Origin: Squalus acanthias
Taxonomy: Eukaryota
Assembly (NCBI GenBank): GCA_030390025.1
Contig: CM059429.1
Location: forward strand, 22,196,001 to 22,260,000
Direction of reading: 5' to 3'
DNA length: 64,000 bases
Shown: positions 62,350 through 64,000 of the stretch, piece after piece
Numbering within the stretch: position 1 is the stretch's first letter
Layout of the letters: every line of letters begins with the position of its first letter
Notes under the pieces: model-generated
The model's input: the letters and a program-made list of their open reading frames with translations, nothing else
Databases searched by the model: none
Told to the model about the DNA's origin: nothing
Translations under genes and position numbers: made by a program

Positions 62350-64000
62350 ATGATTGTCATGCCTTCAAGTGCAGATATTATGGACAACTCCCACAGCCAG
62401 ACTGTCCTTTGTTGCTTGAATGAACAACGGACCAAAGGTGTCTTCTGTGATGTCACCATTGTTGTGGAAGACACCAAGTTTAAAGCCCACAAAAATGTCT
62501 TGGCAGCATCCAGCGTTTACTTTAAGAACCTTTTTTCAAGCCAGGAGTTATGGTTGGTAGGCCATATCCTGGAACTGCCTGACTTCAAGGCAGATGTGTT
62601 TGCAGAAATACTGCATTTCATCTACAGTGCAAAGGTGGTTGTCAAAGGGTCTGAGAGAGTAAAAGATCTTATCGATGCTGGGAAAAGATTAGGGATATCA
62701 TTTTTGGAAAATCTGATGCCCATCCCTCAGCAACATGTTGGATCTGTAGATACTCTATACAGCTGTTCACCTAATTCTTCTCAGTCAGTTTCTCCTGCAT
62801 CTTCCCTCTCCTTGTCAACATGCCTTCAGAATCTCAAAGCAGAAGTCTGCAATTCTGCGAGTGACAAAGGCAGTGAAGATTTCCATTTTGTAAATGGACC
62901 CCGAATCACAAATGCATTTTCAATTTTCGACATGCAGGCTGGCACTGACTTGTATTTTCCAGTTGACTTAACAGCTAATGTCAACAAAAAAGCAATAGAA
63001 TCTGATAAGCTGTCCATGGTATGTGTTACCCAGGATGCAAGTGGTGTACAGCAGATGCCTGCTCATACTTTCACTGAACATTCCTATGCTGTATCTTCTT
63101 CTACAAAAGATCAGCAAAATGTTGATCCTTCTTATGGTCTTCATCAAGTACAAGAACCTATGGAAGAAAATGAAAAGCCTTTATGCAACATTAAGAGCAA
63201 TACTGCTAGCTCTGGGGCTATACAGGATCTACACTTGGAAGACCAAATTTGCAAAGCCTCCCAACCACTGTACACTGCCAGCTCAACTGGCTTTAAGGTT
63301 CTACGATTTAACTTGAATGCATTACAAACCGCAAATGATAGCAGCCCAGTAAATTTAGTGCCAGTTACAGGCCCATTAAATGGACCTACTGTGAATACCG
63401 AGGAAACTGTAGGTGGAGTCACTGATGCAGAGAAAGGTTCTCCTCCTATGGAAAACATGAGCAAATCGGTGCCTAATGCTGTTTGGTCTGAAACGGTGCC
63501 AGCGATCACGCGTCAAACTGCTTACAGCTGTAAATATTGCCCACGGTCTTTTAGCACTCGAGTATCCTTGAATGTCCATTCCCAAATCCACACAACGCTT
63601 TTAGAAAAGCCCCTATCTTGCAGGCATTGTGGTAAACCTTTTGTTCATCTGAAGAGGCTGCAGACTCATGAGCATCTTTGTAGAGGACCAGGAACAGTTG
63701 TGTCTGATCGTGAGTCAACCGATGAGCAAGTGGAAAATTTTTCCAGCGACACTGAAGTTGCCAGTGGCGAGGAAGATCCAAATTTGATTTCGCATGCTTT
63801 GGAACTGGAGAATTCCAACACGTGCTCGGTGAATTTGGTACGCTCAAGAAGAGGCAGCAGCTCACCAGAACCAGAACACTTTGTAAAAGTTGTCGAGGGA
63901 CACATTTTGTATTTTTGCAGTGTTTGCAAGCGTTCCTATGTAACTCTGTCCAGCTTAAAGAGACACGCCAATGTTCATTCTTGGCGGAGAACCTATCCCT
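62350..64000 (+). CDS. zbtb38: Kaiso-family BTB/POZ C2H2 zinc-finger protein, most like ZBTB38 (CIBZ); partial, runs off the window
   Basis: Acceptor TTTTCTTTCCAG immediately before the ATG, then 550 open codons: MIVMPSSADIMDNSHSQTVLCCLNEQRTKGVFCDVTIVVEDTKFKAHKNVLAASSVYFKN (BTB), NGPRITNAFSI, PVDLT (CtBP-type motif, 62959-62973), EHSYAVSS, fingers CKYC..H..H and CRHC..H...C, and CSVCKRSYVTLSSLKRHANVHSWRRTYP (first methyl-CpG-binding finger). ZBTB4 and ZBTB33 are paralogs that fit less well. Confidence 0.9.
   Translation, partial: MIVMPSSADIMDNSHSQTVLCCLNEQRTKGVFCDVTIVVEDTKFKAHKNVLAASSVYFKNLFSSQELWLVGHILELPDFKADVFAEILHFIYSAKVVVKGSERVKDLIDAGKRLGISFLENLMPIPQQHVGSVDTLYSCSPNSSQSVSPASSLSLSTCLQNLKAEVCNSASDKGSEDFHFVNGPRITNAFSIFDMQAGTDLYFPVDLTANVNKKAIESDKLSMVCVTQDASGVQQMPAHTFTEHSYAVSSSTKDQQNVDPSYGLHQVQEPMEENEKPLCNIKSNTASSGAIQDLHLEDQICKASQPLYTASSTGFKVLRFNLNALQTANDSSPVNLVPVTGPLNGPTVNTEETVGGVTDAEKGSPPMENMSKSVPNAVWSETVPAITRQTAYSCKYCPRSFSTRVSLNVHSQIHTTLLEKPLSCRHCGKPFVHLKRLQTHEHLCRGPGTVVSDRESTDEQVENFSSDTEVASGEEDPNLISHALELENSNTCSVNLVRSRRGSSSPEPEHFVKVVEGHILYFCSVCKRSYVTLSSLKRHANVHSWRRTYP

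Overview
Eukaryotic, repeat-rich vertebrate DNA. The repeat repertoire (CR1 and L2 LINEs, Deu- and Meta-type SINEs, Penelope-like ends, PIF/Harbinger MITEs) points to a cartilaginous fish; that assignment is inference. The only host coding sequence I can support is the start of the large coding exon of a Kaiso-family BTB-zinc-finger gene, most like ZBTB38 (ATG 62350, open to the window end, missing from the supplied ORF track). The rest is probably its 5' intronic or upstream region. The most striking structure is a four-level nest at about 14-9622. A decayed Harbinger transposase is split by a CR1 LINE. The CR1 3' UTR is split (12-bp TSD) by a short Penelope-like inverted-repeat element carrying a minimal hammerhead ribozyme. 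That element is split by an intact, CpG-rich, full-length Tx1 (L1-clade) retrotransposon, which is flanked by an unusually long duplication (at least 53 bp) and has a ~1 kb 5' UTR with many perfectly nested complementary helices. Also present: an intron-containing Harbinger Myb/SANT-only element, candidate long solo LTRs and several local templated duplications. Family names come from recognition, not database searches.
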